Assembly (NCBI GenBank): GCA_965220085.1
Contig: CBDCOZ010000003.1
Span: 1,568,001-1,632,000 of the forward strand
Origin: Candidatus Oxydemutatoraceae bacterium
GTDB lineage: Bacteria > Pseudomonadota > Gammaproteobacteria > Poriferisulfidales > Oxydemutatoraceae
Reading direction: 5' to 3'
Length of the DNA: 64,000 nt
Shown: in pieces, positions 52,914 to 62,201 of the stretch
Position numbering within the stretch: the stretch's first letter is position 1
Layout of the letters: every line of letters starts with the position of its first letter
Position numbers and translations under genes: made by a program
The notes under the pieces: generated by a model
Databases searched by the model: none
Seen by the model: only the letters and a program-made list of their open reading frames with translations
What the model was told of the DNA's origin: nothing

Positions 52914-54888
52914 TTACCGCAACGGGCCTTCAAGGAAAACGCGCAAGCGCAAGCGCAAGGCGGTTGCCACCACACGAGCGTCGGCGGAGCACAGCGGCCC
53001 CTCGGCGGTGCCTATGCTATCGGTGAAGCTGGCGCAGGCGCGGATGTATCGACCGGCATGTGCTTGCCGGGGAGTAAAAATAACATCGGTAGCGCCGGTG
53101 ATGGCGGCGTAGGCGTTGTCCATCGGGGCGCCACTGTCCGGGGCCGGGGCAGATTGCCATTGCCAGCGGATGCTACCCCGGTTGATGCCGTTGGGTTCGA
53201 TGATGCCATCTGCGGATGCAGCCAGCGGTATGTCCTGCAGGTAAGCGGTGTCGGTGGCAAGGGCGGCAGTCACCGTGGGTGCGCCGGTGGCATCCGTCGG
53301 GTCGGAGGTAATCAAGTTTATCGTGAGGGTGGCGATGCGGACGCTGGCGTTGTTGGTGCCCGCCGGGTCATCGCCGTTGTCGGTCACATTGAATCTGAAG
53401 GTAGCGTAGCTACTCTGGGCACTCTGCCCGCTGGCAGGGTAGTACGTAAGGTCCGCGATGTCGGCAACGGCTATGGTGTCGTCCGCCATGGCGGCGGCGG
53501 AGCCGTTGCGCAGGGCGCCGGATGCCGGCAACGATTCCAGAGTGACGCTGGCCAAGTCATCGCCATCCTCGTCGGCGAACGGGAAGTCGCTCGCCTTGAA
53601 AGCGTAGGGGCTGGCCATCGTCGCACCCATAGGCACATTGATGAAGCCGTCTTGCGCCACCGGCGCATCGTTGACATTGGTTGTCCGGACTGCGGCGGAA
53701 CAGAGCGGGCCCTCCTCTGCCGGGGTGGCGTGGCGATCCATAAAGGTTGCGCAGACTCTTATGTATTGGTCTGTACGGGCCTGCGTAATGACGAATGCTT
53801 CGGCGGTGGCGCCGGCTATGGCGGTGTATGCGCCGACGGCCGGGGTGCCGCTGGCCGGGGTCGGGGCAGATTGCCATTCCCACCTCAGAGTTCTCCAGTC
53901 TATGCTGTTGAGATCGGCAATGCCAAAGTAGTTGGCGGTCACCCGGGCGCCCTCGGCGGCGCTGGCGGACGGTGATGTTGTGGGCGCGCCGGTGGCCGCC
54001 ATCTGGTCCGGCGATGTCAGATCTATGAGCATGAAATTAACTCCGGTGTGATTGATGCCATCATCGTTGTCGGCCACCGGCCGGTAGACAAAGGTGGCAT
54101 AGAATCCGGTGGGTTGCTGACCGGGTATCGGGTACCAGGCCAGAGCGCCGGCGGTCAATTGGGCCACGGTTACGGTTACGGGGTTTCCGGTGCCAGTAGA
54201 GACGGGGTTGCCATTCAGGGTCAGGGTGCCCCCCGGTATCAGGCTATCAAAGGTGATGGCGGCCAGCATATCGCCATCGGGGTCTATGAACAGAAAGTCT
54301 GACGCCTTAAACCGGTATGGATTGTCGGCGGTGGCGGATGCCGGCACCGCACCGCTGTGGCGCAGGGAGGTTTGGGGCAGGTCGTTGACATCGGTCACTC
54401 TGACGGGGGCAGAGCAGATGCTGGCGGTGCGTATGCGGCTGTCCTCGGTGGCGGGGTCGCCGCCCTCGGCGGTACCCCGGCCATCGGTGTAAAAGACGCA
54501 CAGGCGCAGGTTCTTGTTCACATGGTCTTGCGAGAGCGGGGCGTATGTGTTGACGTCCCAAGCCGCCTCTTCCCATCCCAGGCCGACGGTAGTACTGAGT
54601 TGCCAACTGAAGTCAAATTGTCCTGCCGCGGGCAGGCCATCCTCATCGCTCAGGCCGGTCACGCTGGCATTGACTGTCTGCATTTGGGCCACGGTGGTGA
54701 TGAGGTCGGCGCTCCCGTCCAACACCATGCCGATGGCGCCCTGCGGCGCAGTGTTGGTCTGCGCTTGCGCTTGGGTGCAGACGGCAAACAGGGCCGACAG
54801 AATAAGCGCCCAGAGACTAAGCCGAGTTAGTGTCGCCCACCGATGCGGGGGGGGGGGGGGTATGAGTATTATTAATTTGTAAGTTCAT
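52914..54888 (-). CDS. Exported Ig/cadherin-like repeat protein with LRLRVFLEGPLR tail, copy 3; out of frame at a C14 tract
   Basis: ATG 54888 MNLQINNTH, C14, then signal peptide ending CTQAQAQ continuing into ORF 52914..54728; total 1975 nt, so 13 or 16 C would restore the frame. Confidence 0.85.
54847..54860 (-). repeat. Homopolymer G14 (C14 on the coding strand)
   Basis: Counted directly; same position relative to the ATG as the C18 tract. Confidence 0.95.
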
Positions 54889-55162
54889 GCTATTTTTTAG
54901 GTTCATTGTTCTACTCCTGATGAATGCAGTTGTACGGTGTATGTACACAAACAACATTTAATGAGACACAGTAATGAGAGGCACAAACAACTTTGTTGTT
55001 TGTGTGTGTTTAATCTAATTGTCTGTGGTTTCTTCAAATTGTTTGTATTCCATAAACTGTTTGCGGATTGTTTAATGTCGCACTGTATCATAAATTCGGT
55101 CATTATTATAAATTCAGTTATTTACAAGTTCAACTGTTGCTTTCCCCTGATGGATTCCGTGC

Positions 55163-55190
55163 ACTATACCACAAAGTGAGTCCTTTGCAA
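55163..55190 (-). promoter_or_regulatory. Putative sigma70 promoter of copy 3
   Basis: Same TTGCAA-N16-TATAGT sequence as at 52611-52638. Confidence 0.55.
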
Positions 55191-55516
55191 GCGCTTTTTT
55201 TTCAAATATCAGCGACCGCCTCCGGCGGGCGGTTGCGTCGGCGTTGCCGAGGCGTTGCCATTGCCTGTCGGCCTTTGTCAAAGCCGGCAATCCGGCATGT
55301 TTCCGGCATGTTTCAGTCATTTACGAGTGTATCCGCCACCCCCTTGTGCGCACTCCATAATACCACCTTCCCCGCCGCTTAAACGTACTTTAAGCAGTGT
55401 TCACATATCGCTTGCGCGCCTCATAACTCCCTTCTCCGCCGCCGATTACTCGCGCTATTATGCGGGTCAGGGGTATGGTGGCACGGCGGTATTGCTACCG
55501 CGCCGCTGTTGCCAGA

Positions 55517-55577
55517 TGTGAAAATAGCGATTGAACATCGCCTTTGCAACGGCTTCCGTTGTCGCAAAGGCGGAGTC
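55517..55577 (+). repeat. Right copy of the inverted repeat; strong hairpin overlapping the putative moaB promoter
   Basis: CGCCTTTGC-AACGG-CTT-CCGTT-GTC-GCAAAGGCG, followed by TATAAT at 55583. Confidence 0.75.
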
Positions 55578-55603
55578 GGGTATATAATCCCTTACGGATT
55601 GAT

Positions 55604-56116
55604 ATGCAAGAACGAACTTTTATAGCCCTGAACATCGCGGTACTGACCGTATCCGATTCGCGCACCGAGGATACCGACAAATCGGGCGCGCTCTTGGCCG
55701 ACCTGATTACGGCCGACAAACACCGTTGCCACGAAAAGGTTATCGTGGCGGATGACATCTATCAAATTCGCGCGCAAGTCTCGCGCTGGATTGCCGACCC
55801 CGAAGTCCGGGCGATTATCACAACCGGCGGCACGGGCGTGACCGGTCGCGATGGCACGCCGGAAGCGGTCGCGCCGCTGTTTGACAAAACGCTCGACGGT
55901 TTTGGCGAAACATTCCGCATGCTGTCCTACCAAACCATCGGCGCGTCAACCCTGCAATCACGCGCGGTCGCCGGCGTTGCGAACGGCGCCTACATCTTTT
56001 GCCTGCCCGGTTCGCCGAACGCATGCAGGGACGGCTGGGAGAAAATCATCAGCGCGCAACTGGATCACAGAACGCGCCCGTGTAATTTGGTTGAGCTGAT
56101 GCCGCGCTTGAAGTAG
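55604..56116 (+). CDS. moaB: Molybdenum cofactor biosynthesis protein B
   Basis: [33 protein letters not shown]. Confidence 0.95.
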   Translation: MQERTFIALNIAVLTVSDSRTEDTDKSGALLADLITADKHRCHEKVIVADDIYQIRAQVSRWIADPEVRAIITTGGTGVTGRDGTPEAVAPLFDKTLDGFGETFRMLSYQTIGASTLQSRAVAGVANGAYIFCLPGSPNACRDGWEKIISAQLDHRTRPCNLVELMPRLK

Positions 56117-56165
56117 CCGGATAGAGCGATGAACGACGGGCCGGCGGATGGCCGCGGCGAAATAT

Positions 56166-56957
56166 TTAATGACGCAGACGGCGGTCGGCATCGGACAGCG
56201 CCGCCGAGCGCTTGAACAGCTTTCTCAGATATATCGCGGGGCCCGACAATAAGTAGATAAGCGAAAAGAGAAACAGGAACTTTGCCATATCCGCCGTCGC
56301 CACGATTAAAACGCCGATTAACAACGGCAATACGACAAAAGAGATGCGCCCCTTCCATCGAATGCCTTTGGGACTGAAGTAGCTTAGGTTGCTAAGCATC
56401 GCAGCGCTCGCAAGAACCATCAGCATCGCCGCCAACCACACGAGGCGCTCGCCGGCATAACCCAAATCCTCGCACAGCCAGACTAGGCTCATCATCAATG
56501 CCGCCGCCGCGGGACACGGCAAGCCGCGGAAAAAACTCTTGCCGGACGATGTGGTTTGGACATTGAAACGGGCAAGGCGCAATACCACCGCGGCCGCATA
56601 GGCAAAGGCGATTAACCAGCCAATCTTATCCCACGCGCCGCCGGATTCCGCCAGCGCATACAAAGACCACTGGTATATGATGAGCGCCGGGATACAGCCG
56701 AATACGATGGCATCGGTGAGGCTGTCCAACTCGGCGCCAAAGCGGCTGGCGGTATTGGTCCAGCGGGCGATATTGCCGTCCAAGCCATCGAGTATCATGC
56801 ACACGATAACCGCGATGGCGGCGGCTTCAAAATGCCCGCTCAGGGCGCCGGCCATCGCATAGAATCCGCACAGCAGCGAGGAGATCGTGATGAGGTTCGG
56901 CAACATATAAATACCGCGGCGAAACTTGCCGGAGCCGTTTGTCTTATCGCGCATCAA
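56166..56957 (-). CDS. pssA: CDP-diacylglycerol--serine O-phosphatidyltransferase
   Basis: [15 protein letters not shown]...[13 protein letters not shown]-alcohol motif, RLARFN. Confidence 0.93.
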   Translation of the reverse strand: MMRDKTNGSGKFRRGIYMLPNLITISSLLCGFYAMAGALSGHFEAAAIAVIVCMILDGLDGNIARWTNTASRFGAELDSLTDAIVFGCIPALIIYQWSLYALAESGGAWDKIGWLIAFAYAAAVVLRLARFNVQTTSSGKSFFRGLPCPAAAALMMSLVWLCEDLGYAGERLVWLAAMLMVLASAAMLSNLSYFSPKGIRWKGRISFVVLPLLIGVLIVATADMAKFLFLFSLIYLLSGPAIYLRKLFKRSAALSDADRRLRH

Positions 56958-57970
56958 TTCTTTTCTTTATCAACCAGTTGGTTTTCGGCAATCCAGGACA
57001 TCATCCCGCGCAGTCTCTCGCCGACTTGCTCGATCGGATGTTTGTCGAGGCGGCGACGCATCATCTCCATGACCGGCGCTCCGGTTTTGTTCTCGGTCAC
57101 AAACTCGCGCGCGAACTCGCCGTTTTGAATTTGCTCGAGCAGTTTCTTCATCGCTTCCTTGCTCCTCTCATCAACGATCCGTTGCCCGCGTGTCAGAGCG
57201 CCATACTCGGCGGTATTTGAAATGGAATAATGCATGTTTGCGATACCGCCCTCGTAGATCAAATCGACGATCAGCTTCATCTCGTGCAGGCATTCAAAAT
57301 AGGCCATCTCGGGAGCATAGCCCGCTTCGGTCAGCACTTCAAAGCCGTTGCGTATCAGCGCCACGACGCCGCCGCATAACACGGCCTGCTCGCCGAATAA
57401 GTCGGTTTCGGTTTCCTCTTCAAAAGTCGTCTCGATGACGCCCGCCCGACCGCCGCCGTTGGCCGATGCATACGACAGCGCGATATCGCGCGCCTTGCCG
57501 GAAGCATCCTGATACACCGCGATCAAAGTCGGCACGCCTTGTCCGTTGCAATACGTGGAGCGCACCAAGTGCCCGGGGCCTTTGGGGGCGACCATGAACA
57601 CATCCAAGTCCGCCCGCGGCCTGATTTGTCCGAAGTGGATATTAAAGCCGTGCGCAAACCCCAGCGCGGCGCCCCGCTTCAGCGCGGGCCCCACGCTGTT
57701 CGCATACAACTGTGCCTGATGTTCGTCCGGAGCCAGCATCATCACGACATCGCCTTGGGCCGCCGCCTCCTCAATCGGGGCATGCGCAATCCCGGCCGCT
57801 TCGGCCTTGCTCGCCGAAGCCGAACCTTTGCGCAAGCCGACTATGACATCCGCCCCGGAATCTTTGAGGTTATTGGCATGGGCGTGCCCCTGCGAACCAT
57901 AACCGATGATCGCCACCTTCTTCTTTTGAATCAAACTCTGATCCGCATCTTTATCATAAAAAATCTTCAT
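56954..57970 (-). CDS. ilvC: Ketol-acid reductoisomerase
   Basis: [31 protein letters not shown]; start trimmed to [10 protein letters not shown]. Confidence 0.98.
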   Translation of the reverse strand: MKIFYDKDADQSLIQKKKVAIIGYGSQGHAHANNLKDSGADVIVGLRKGSASASKAEAAGIAHAPIEEAAAQGDVVMMLAPDEHQAQLYANSVGPALKRGAALGFAHGFNIHFGQIRPRADLDVFMVAPKGPGHLVRSTYCNGQGVPTLIAVYQDASGKARDIALSYASANGGGRAGVIETTFEEETETDLFGEQAVLCGGVVALIRNGFEVLTEAGYAPEMAYFECLHEMKLIVDLIYEGGIANMHYSISNTAEYGALTRGQRIVDERSKEAMKKLLEQIQNGEFAREFVTENKTGAPVMEMMRRRLDKHPIEQVGERLRGMMSWIAENQLVDKEKN

Positions 57971-57999
57971 TGTTTTCTCCGTTTGTTGCAGGCGGGCAA

Positions 58000-58509
58000 T
58001 CAAATCGCCAAAATCAAATTGCCCTTGCCAAGACTGATAATGCCCGATCGGACAATTTCTTTAATTTCCCACGACCTTCCCAGATTGAGAATAAACGCGT
58101 CAATTTTCTCTCCCGCCGCCGTCATCTCAATCACGCATTGGGAGCCGTGGGATTCGACCGCGCGGGCATCGTATTGTTTGACAAACGCATCCAGCTCTTC
58201 GCGGCGCTCATCGGCGCATGCCACTTTCATTAAAACCACTTCCGTTTCAATATGCTGATCCTTGCCCATATCAACTACGTCAACCACATCGATCAACTTG
58301 CGCAGTTGCTTGACGATTTGCTCCGCCTGCTCGTCTTCCCCTCTGGTCACAATGGTAATCCGTGACAGCGACGAGTCGGCGGTCGGCGCGACCGTCAATG
58401 ATGCGATATTATACCCGCGCGCGGAAAATAATCCCGCGACCCGCGATAAAACCCCCGCTTCGTTTGCAAGCAATATTGAAATAATATGCTTTTGAGTGTC
58501 CGCCGTCAT
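58000..58509 (-). CDS. ilvH: Acetolactate synthase small subunit
   Basis: [23 protein letters not shown] domain. Confidence 0.93.
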   Translation of the reverse strand: MTADTQKHIISILLANEAGVLSRVAGLFSARGYNIASLTVAPTADSSLSRITIVTRGEDEQAEQIVKQLRKLIDVVDVVDMGKDQHIETEVVLMKVACADERREELDAFVKQYDARAVESHGSQCVIEMTAAGEKIDAFILNLGRSWEIKEIVRSGIISLGKGNLILAI

Positions 58510-58563
58510 TGTGTTGCCACTTTCCTGACCGAAAATTTTGAAAAGCGATAGTACGGGCGGCGC

Positions 58564-58794
58564 TCAAGATTTTTTCAAATGGAAATGAAATTTGCCGTCC
58601 CGCTCGGTTGACTCAAGCAACTCATTTCCGGTCTGCTTTGAAAATGCCTCAAAGTCTTTCACCGATCCGGAATCGGTGGATATGATATGCAGCACCTCGC
58701 CGCTCTCCATGCCCGCCAGCGCTTTTTTGGCGCGCAGAATAGGCAACGGGCAATTCAGACCGCTGGTGTCAATCTCTTGATCAAATTGCGACAT
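58564..58794 (-). CDS. TusA-family sulfur carrier
   Basis: DTSGLNCPLPIL CPxP motif, 76 aa. Confidence 0.92.
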   Translation of the reverse strand: MSQFDQEIDTSGLNCPLPILRAKKALAGMESGEVLHIISTDSGSVKDFEAFSKQTGNELLESTERDGKFHFHLKKS

Positions 58795-58882
58795 AACTCC
58801 TCCTCTTGTTTAAATCATGTTTATACATCGTCGCCGCCGAATCACAAGCGTGCCGCGCGGCTCCGGCAATCATATTATCACG

Positions 58883-60019
58883 TCACGCGCCTCTTCTCGG
58901 CAGCAAATCACGCGTGTCATCCATCAAATATGCCACCTTGCGCCGATACGCAAGCTCTTTTGCGGCGGCGGCGGTTTTCTTGAGGCGCGGCGGCGGCAGG
59001 TTATTGCGCACCGTTTCGACTATCTTATGCGCCCCGTCTCTGATCTCCGATTCAATCATAAACAGCTTGTGGTTATCCGGCGGTATCGCATTGATATAAG
59101 CGGCTAATTCGGGGAAATCAGAGTATTGCCACACCTTGTAATGCGCCTTCAGCGGGTCAAAATAATGCGGCTGCCTCTCATCCGTCATGATGTAGATCGT
59201 GACACCGTCCGGCAACAAGCGCTTGAGTCTTGCAATAATTGCTTCCGGAGTCGTCGCTTTGTCCATGTCGGGAAATTTGATGGCGCAATCCCCGCGCCTG
59301 ATATGCAGCGCATAATATTCGTCTCCCAATACGGCGCGCACACGCCGCGCCGTCTCCCTTATATCCGGCGCTCGCGGTAACGAAACAGCCGCCGTCGGCC
59401 AGTAACGATAGTGAAAGAGTTTGGCCAGCGACACCGTAAAATATTTGATCCATTGCTTGTTAAGAGCGTAGCCAAAATATTTTTTGCGCCGCACCTTGAC
59501 CCAGCGGTAGCGAGGCCATTTGACATTCCACGAGTGCCATTCGCGATGAGCGGTGTCGTGACGAATAATCAGGCGGCAATCGCGATTCTTTTTCAGGCTG
59601 ATCCTGCGCTGTGACGGAACCGTCGCCGACTCATCCGGCGACAAAGACAATCGATTGAAATCGTCACGCTCCAGGTACTCAAAATCCGCTCCGCTGATCA
59701 CCCGGTTCTTGAAAAAATACGATGCCAGGCCCGTATACTCAATCTCTATCCGGATGTTATCCAAGTCAATATAATCGCGCCACGACGGTTCGATGCGGCA
59801 GCCCAGATTGTGGGTCTCGGTCAATATCGGCGGCAGCAGAAGCGGGATGCGCCCCAGCATCGCCGCTTCGCCAATCAATGCGCTCAGGTTTCCGACAGTA
59901 TGGGTGATGCCGTGCCCGAGACCCTCTCTGATATGCGCATCCTCGCGCACAGACAAGCGGCCTTGCGCATCGGCGCATATTGAGTATGGCGTTGCCAAAT
60001 ATGCGAGGTATTTCTTCAT
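58883..60019 (-). CDS. Putative fucosyltransferase-like protein, paralog 2
   Basis: YYALHIRRGD, IYIMTDE, PPDNHKLFMIE; colinear with 40395..41525. Confidence 0.6.
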   Translation of the reverse strand: MKKYLAYLATPYSICADAQGRLSVREDAHIREGLGHGITHTVGNLSALIGEAAMLGRIPLLLPPILTETHNLGCRIEPSWRDYIDLDNIRIEIEYTGLASYFFKNRVISGADFEYLERDDFNRLSLSPDESATVPSQRRISLKKNRDCRLIIRHDTAHREWHSWNVKWPRYRWVKVRRKKYFGYALNKQWIKYFTVSLAKLFHYRYWPTAAVSLPRAPDIRETARRVRAVLGDEYYALHIRRGDCAIKFPDMDKATTPEAIIARLKRLLPDGVTIYIMTDERQPHYFDPLKAHYKVWQYSDFPELAAYINAIPPDNHKLFMIESEIRDGAHKIVETVRNNLPPPRLKKTAAAAKELAYRRKVAYLMDDTRDLLPRRGA

Positions 60020-60121
60020 ATATGCTTATATGGTTGCAGACAAAGGCTTTGCGCTCAAAGCGGTTGCAAAGCGGGCAAACAATGACCGAACTTCCGCCGA
60101 TAGCATATTATACTCGGTATT

Positions 60122-61546
60122 ATGAACGCAGACCGGTCACCCAAAACGCGATGTCGCATACCAATCGTACTGCTATTGATGGCGGCGGCGCACCCTGTCC
60201 ATGCCAATCATCATCTGTCGCTCCCGCAAATAGGCGACCCGTCTTACTCGGCGATGAGCCATGCCGAAGAAAAAAAGCTCGGGCGGGTGATACTCGCGCA
60301 ACTGCGCTCGAGCTTAACCCAAATAGAAGACATAGAACTACAGAGTTACCTGCAGTCGCTGTCGCAAAGACTGCTGGCACAAACCGGCACCCAAGGTCTG
60401 AACTTCCACTTCCTGATAGCCAAGGATGACTCCGTCAATGCCTTTGCGACGCCGGGCGGCGTGATCGCGGTGAATTCCGGAATGATCCTGTTTGCCGATA
60501 ACGAGGACGAACTCGCCAGTGTCATCGCGCACGAATTAGCGCATGTGACGCATCGTCATATCGCGCGGCTCTACGATCTGTCAAGCCAAACCCAGTGGAC
60601 CGGCGCGCTGCAATTGATTGCCGGTCTGATTGCCGGAACTTATAACTCCGAGTTCGCCCAGCTGGGCGTTGCATCCGCCATATCCGGCGTAGTCGAGCGA
60701 CAGCTTTTCTACTCCAGGGCCTTTGAGCGCGAAGCCGACTATTCCGGCATGCGTTTGCTCAGCGAGGCCGGCTTTGACCCCGCCGGAATGGTAAACTTCT
60801 TTGCCAAGTTACAAGCCAAAGGGAGCAGCAGCCGCGCGATACCGGAATTTCTTCGCACGCACCCGCTGAGTAAAAACCGCTTGAAGGATATGCAAGAACG
60901 CGCGCGACAGTACCCCGCGGTCACGCCCCGGGACGATACGGCATTTCAGTATGCCAAAGCGCGGTTACATGCCATAAACGGCGCCGAGGATGGCACACAC
61001 AAATGGCCGCAACACATAGGCTTATATCGCAAGGGAATCGATTTGATGCGGAAGAATTTCCCCTATGAAGCGGTTCGGGCGTTGCGGCAAATGCCCCCCG
61101 CGCATCAAGATGATATCGCGGCAAGGCTGGCATTAGCGCAAGCTTTTGCTCTGCAAAACGATCATAAAAAGGCGCGGGAAATACTAAAGACCCTGACCTA
61201 TCTGTACCCGAACAACCCCGCCGCCAATTATTATCTGGCCAAACTGTACTTGAGCGCCAAACAGCCGCAACAGGCATTGGCGCAATTACAAAGCGTTGCC
61301 TCGTTGCGTAGCTACTATCCGATTCTGATTAAAATGGCCGCACAAGCCTCGGCGATGCTTAAAAAACAAGGCGCCAGTCATGAGTATCTGGCCGAGTATT
61401 ACGCGCTTATCGGAAACTTTGGCCTGGCGCTCAAGCATCTGGAGTTGGCCGATAGATCGCCGAACTTAGACAAGGTGAGCAAAGCCAGAATCACGCAAAA
61501 GCGCAAATCCATATTGCGCTTGCAAACAGAAATGAAAGGGGGATAA
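60122..61546 (+). CDS. M48 metalloprotease with TPR repeats, BepA/YfgC-like
   Basis: Signal peptide, LPQIGD, NAFATPGG, HELAH, EREAD, PEFLRTHP. Confidence 0.9.
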   Translation: MNADRSPKTRCRIPIVLLLMAAAHPVHANHHLSLPQIGDPSYSAMSHAEEKKLGRVILAQLRSSLTQIEDIELQSYLQSLSQRLLAQTGTQGLNFHFLIAKDDSVNAFATPGGVIAVNSGMILFADNEDELASVIAHELAHVTHRHIARLYDLSSQTQWTGALQLIAGLIAGTYNSEFAQLGVASAISGVVERQLFYSRAFEREADYSGMRLLSEAGFDPAGMVNFFAKLQAKGSSSRAIPEFLRTHPLSKNRLKDMQERARQYPAVTPRDDTAFQYAKARLHAINGAEDGTHKWPQHIGLYRKGIDLMRKNFPYEAVRALRQMPPAHQDDIAARLALAQAFALQNDHKKAREILKTLTYLYPNNPAANYYLAKLYLSAKQPQQALAQLQSVASLRSYYPILIKMAAQASAMLKKQGASHEYLAEYYALIGNFGLALKHLELADRSPNLDKVSKARITQKRKSILRLQTEMKGG

Positions 61547-61556
61547 TTTGCCGCGC

Positions 61557-62201
61557 CTAGGTTAATTTGCCGCAGCAGTTCTTGTATTTCTTGCCGCTGC
61601 CGCACGGGCACAACTGGTTGCGCCGCACCATCGTGGTCGCGCCGATCTTCTCCCGCCGGTTGGCGGCAAGTCTCTCGGCGTAATCCACGCCGCCCATCGG
61701 CGGCGCGCGAAAAGAAAAAAGGGTCTTGCTGTCCTTGTGAGAAATGCTGATATCGCCCTGCCGTATGACATCCATGCCGACCACACAATCGGCCCGGCCA
61801 TTGACCAGAGAAGTATCCATCACACCGGCATCTCGCACCGTAACACGCATCTTATTGGGGAAATACATATCCACCGAATACAATTCCTCGCCGTTGCCCG
61901 ATGCGGGTTTCGGTTCCAAGCCCAACTCGTCTATCACTCTGCCGGAAATCTGCGAACGATTCGCCGCGGTACTCCACACCGATTGGTAACGCCGGACAAG
62001 CTCTCTCGCCAACTTACGGCCCGGCAACTGTGCCGGCGCGACGCCAATTTCAAATATGATGACCGGCATCGGAGCGCTTGCATGTATCGTGAATGCGCTT
62101 GAAAAAGGGCTCTCTTCCGGTTTGTCTTGCCGCTTTTTATTGGCTTTGCTTTTGCTGTCCGATTTTTTCATAGTCGCTGAGAAATTTCTCAAGGCCGGCA
62201 T
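61557..62201 (-). CDS. Retropepsin-like fold protein with C-terminal SEC-C motif
   Basis: RNQLCPCGSGKKYKNCCG; DCVVGMDVI psi-loop-like motif; true start probably further downstream. Confidence 0.7.
   Translation of the reverse strand: MPALRNFSATMKKSDSKSKANKKRQDKPEESPFSSAFTIHASAPMPVIIFEIGVAPAQLPGRKLARELVRRYQSVWSTAANRSQISGRVIDELGLEPKPASGNGEELYSVDMYFPNKMRVTVRDAGVMDTSLVNGRADCVVGMDVIRQGDISISHKDSKTLFSFRAPPMGGVDYAERLAANRREKIGATTMVRRNQLCPCGSGKKYKNCCGKLT

Larger units (their letters stand above)
54759..55417. repeat. ~650-bp promoter/leader/signal-peptide module, copy B
   Basis: Direct repeat of 52221-52848 with small indels. Confidence 0.9.

Noticed and set aside
52369-55382. Short ORFs in the AT-rich duplicated leaders (52369..52557, 54903..55103 and others)
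   Set aside because: Their similarity follows from the DNA duplication, and indels between the copies break the frames.
60122-61546. M48 protease as the processing enzyme for the FLEGPLR tag
   Set aside because: It looks like an ordinary BepA/YfgC ortholog and is not adjacent to the tagged genes; nothing in the sequence links them.
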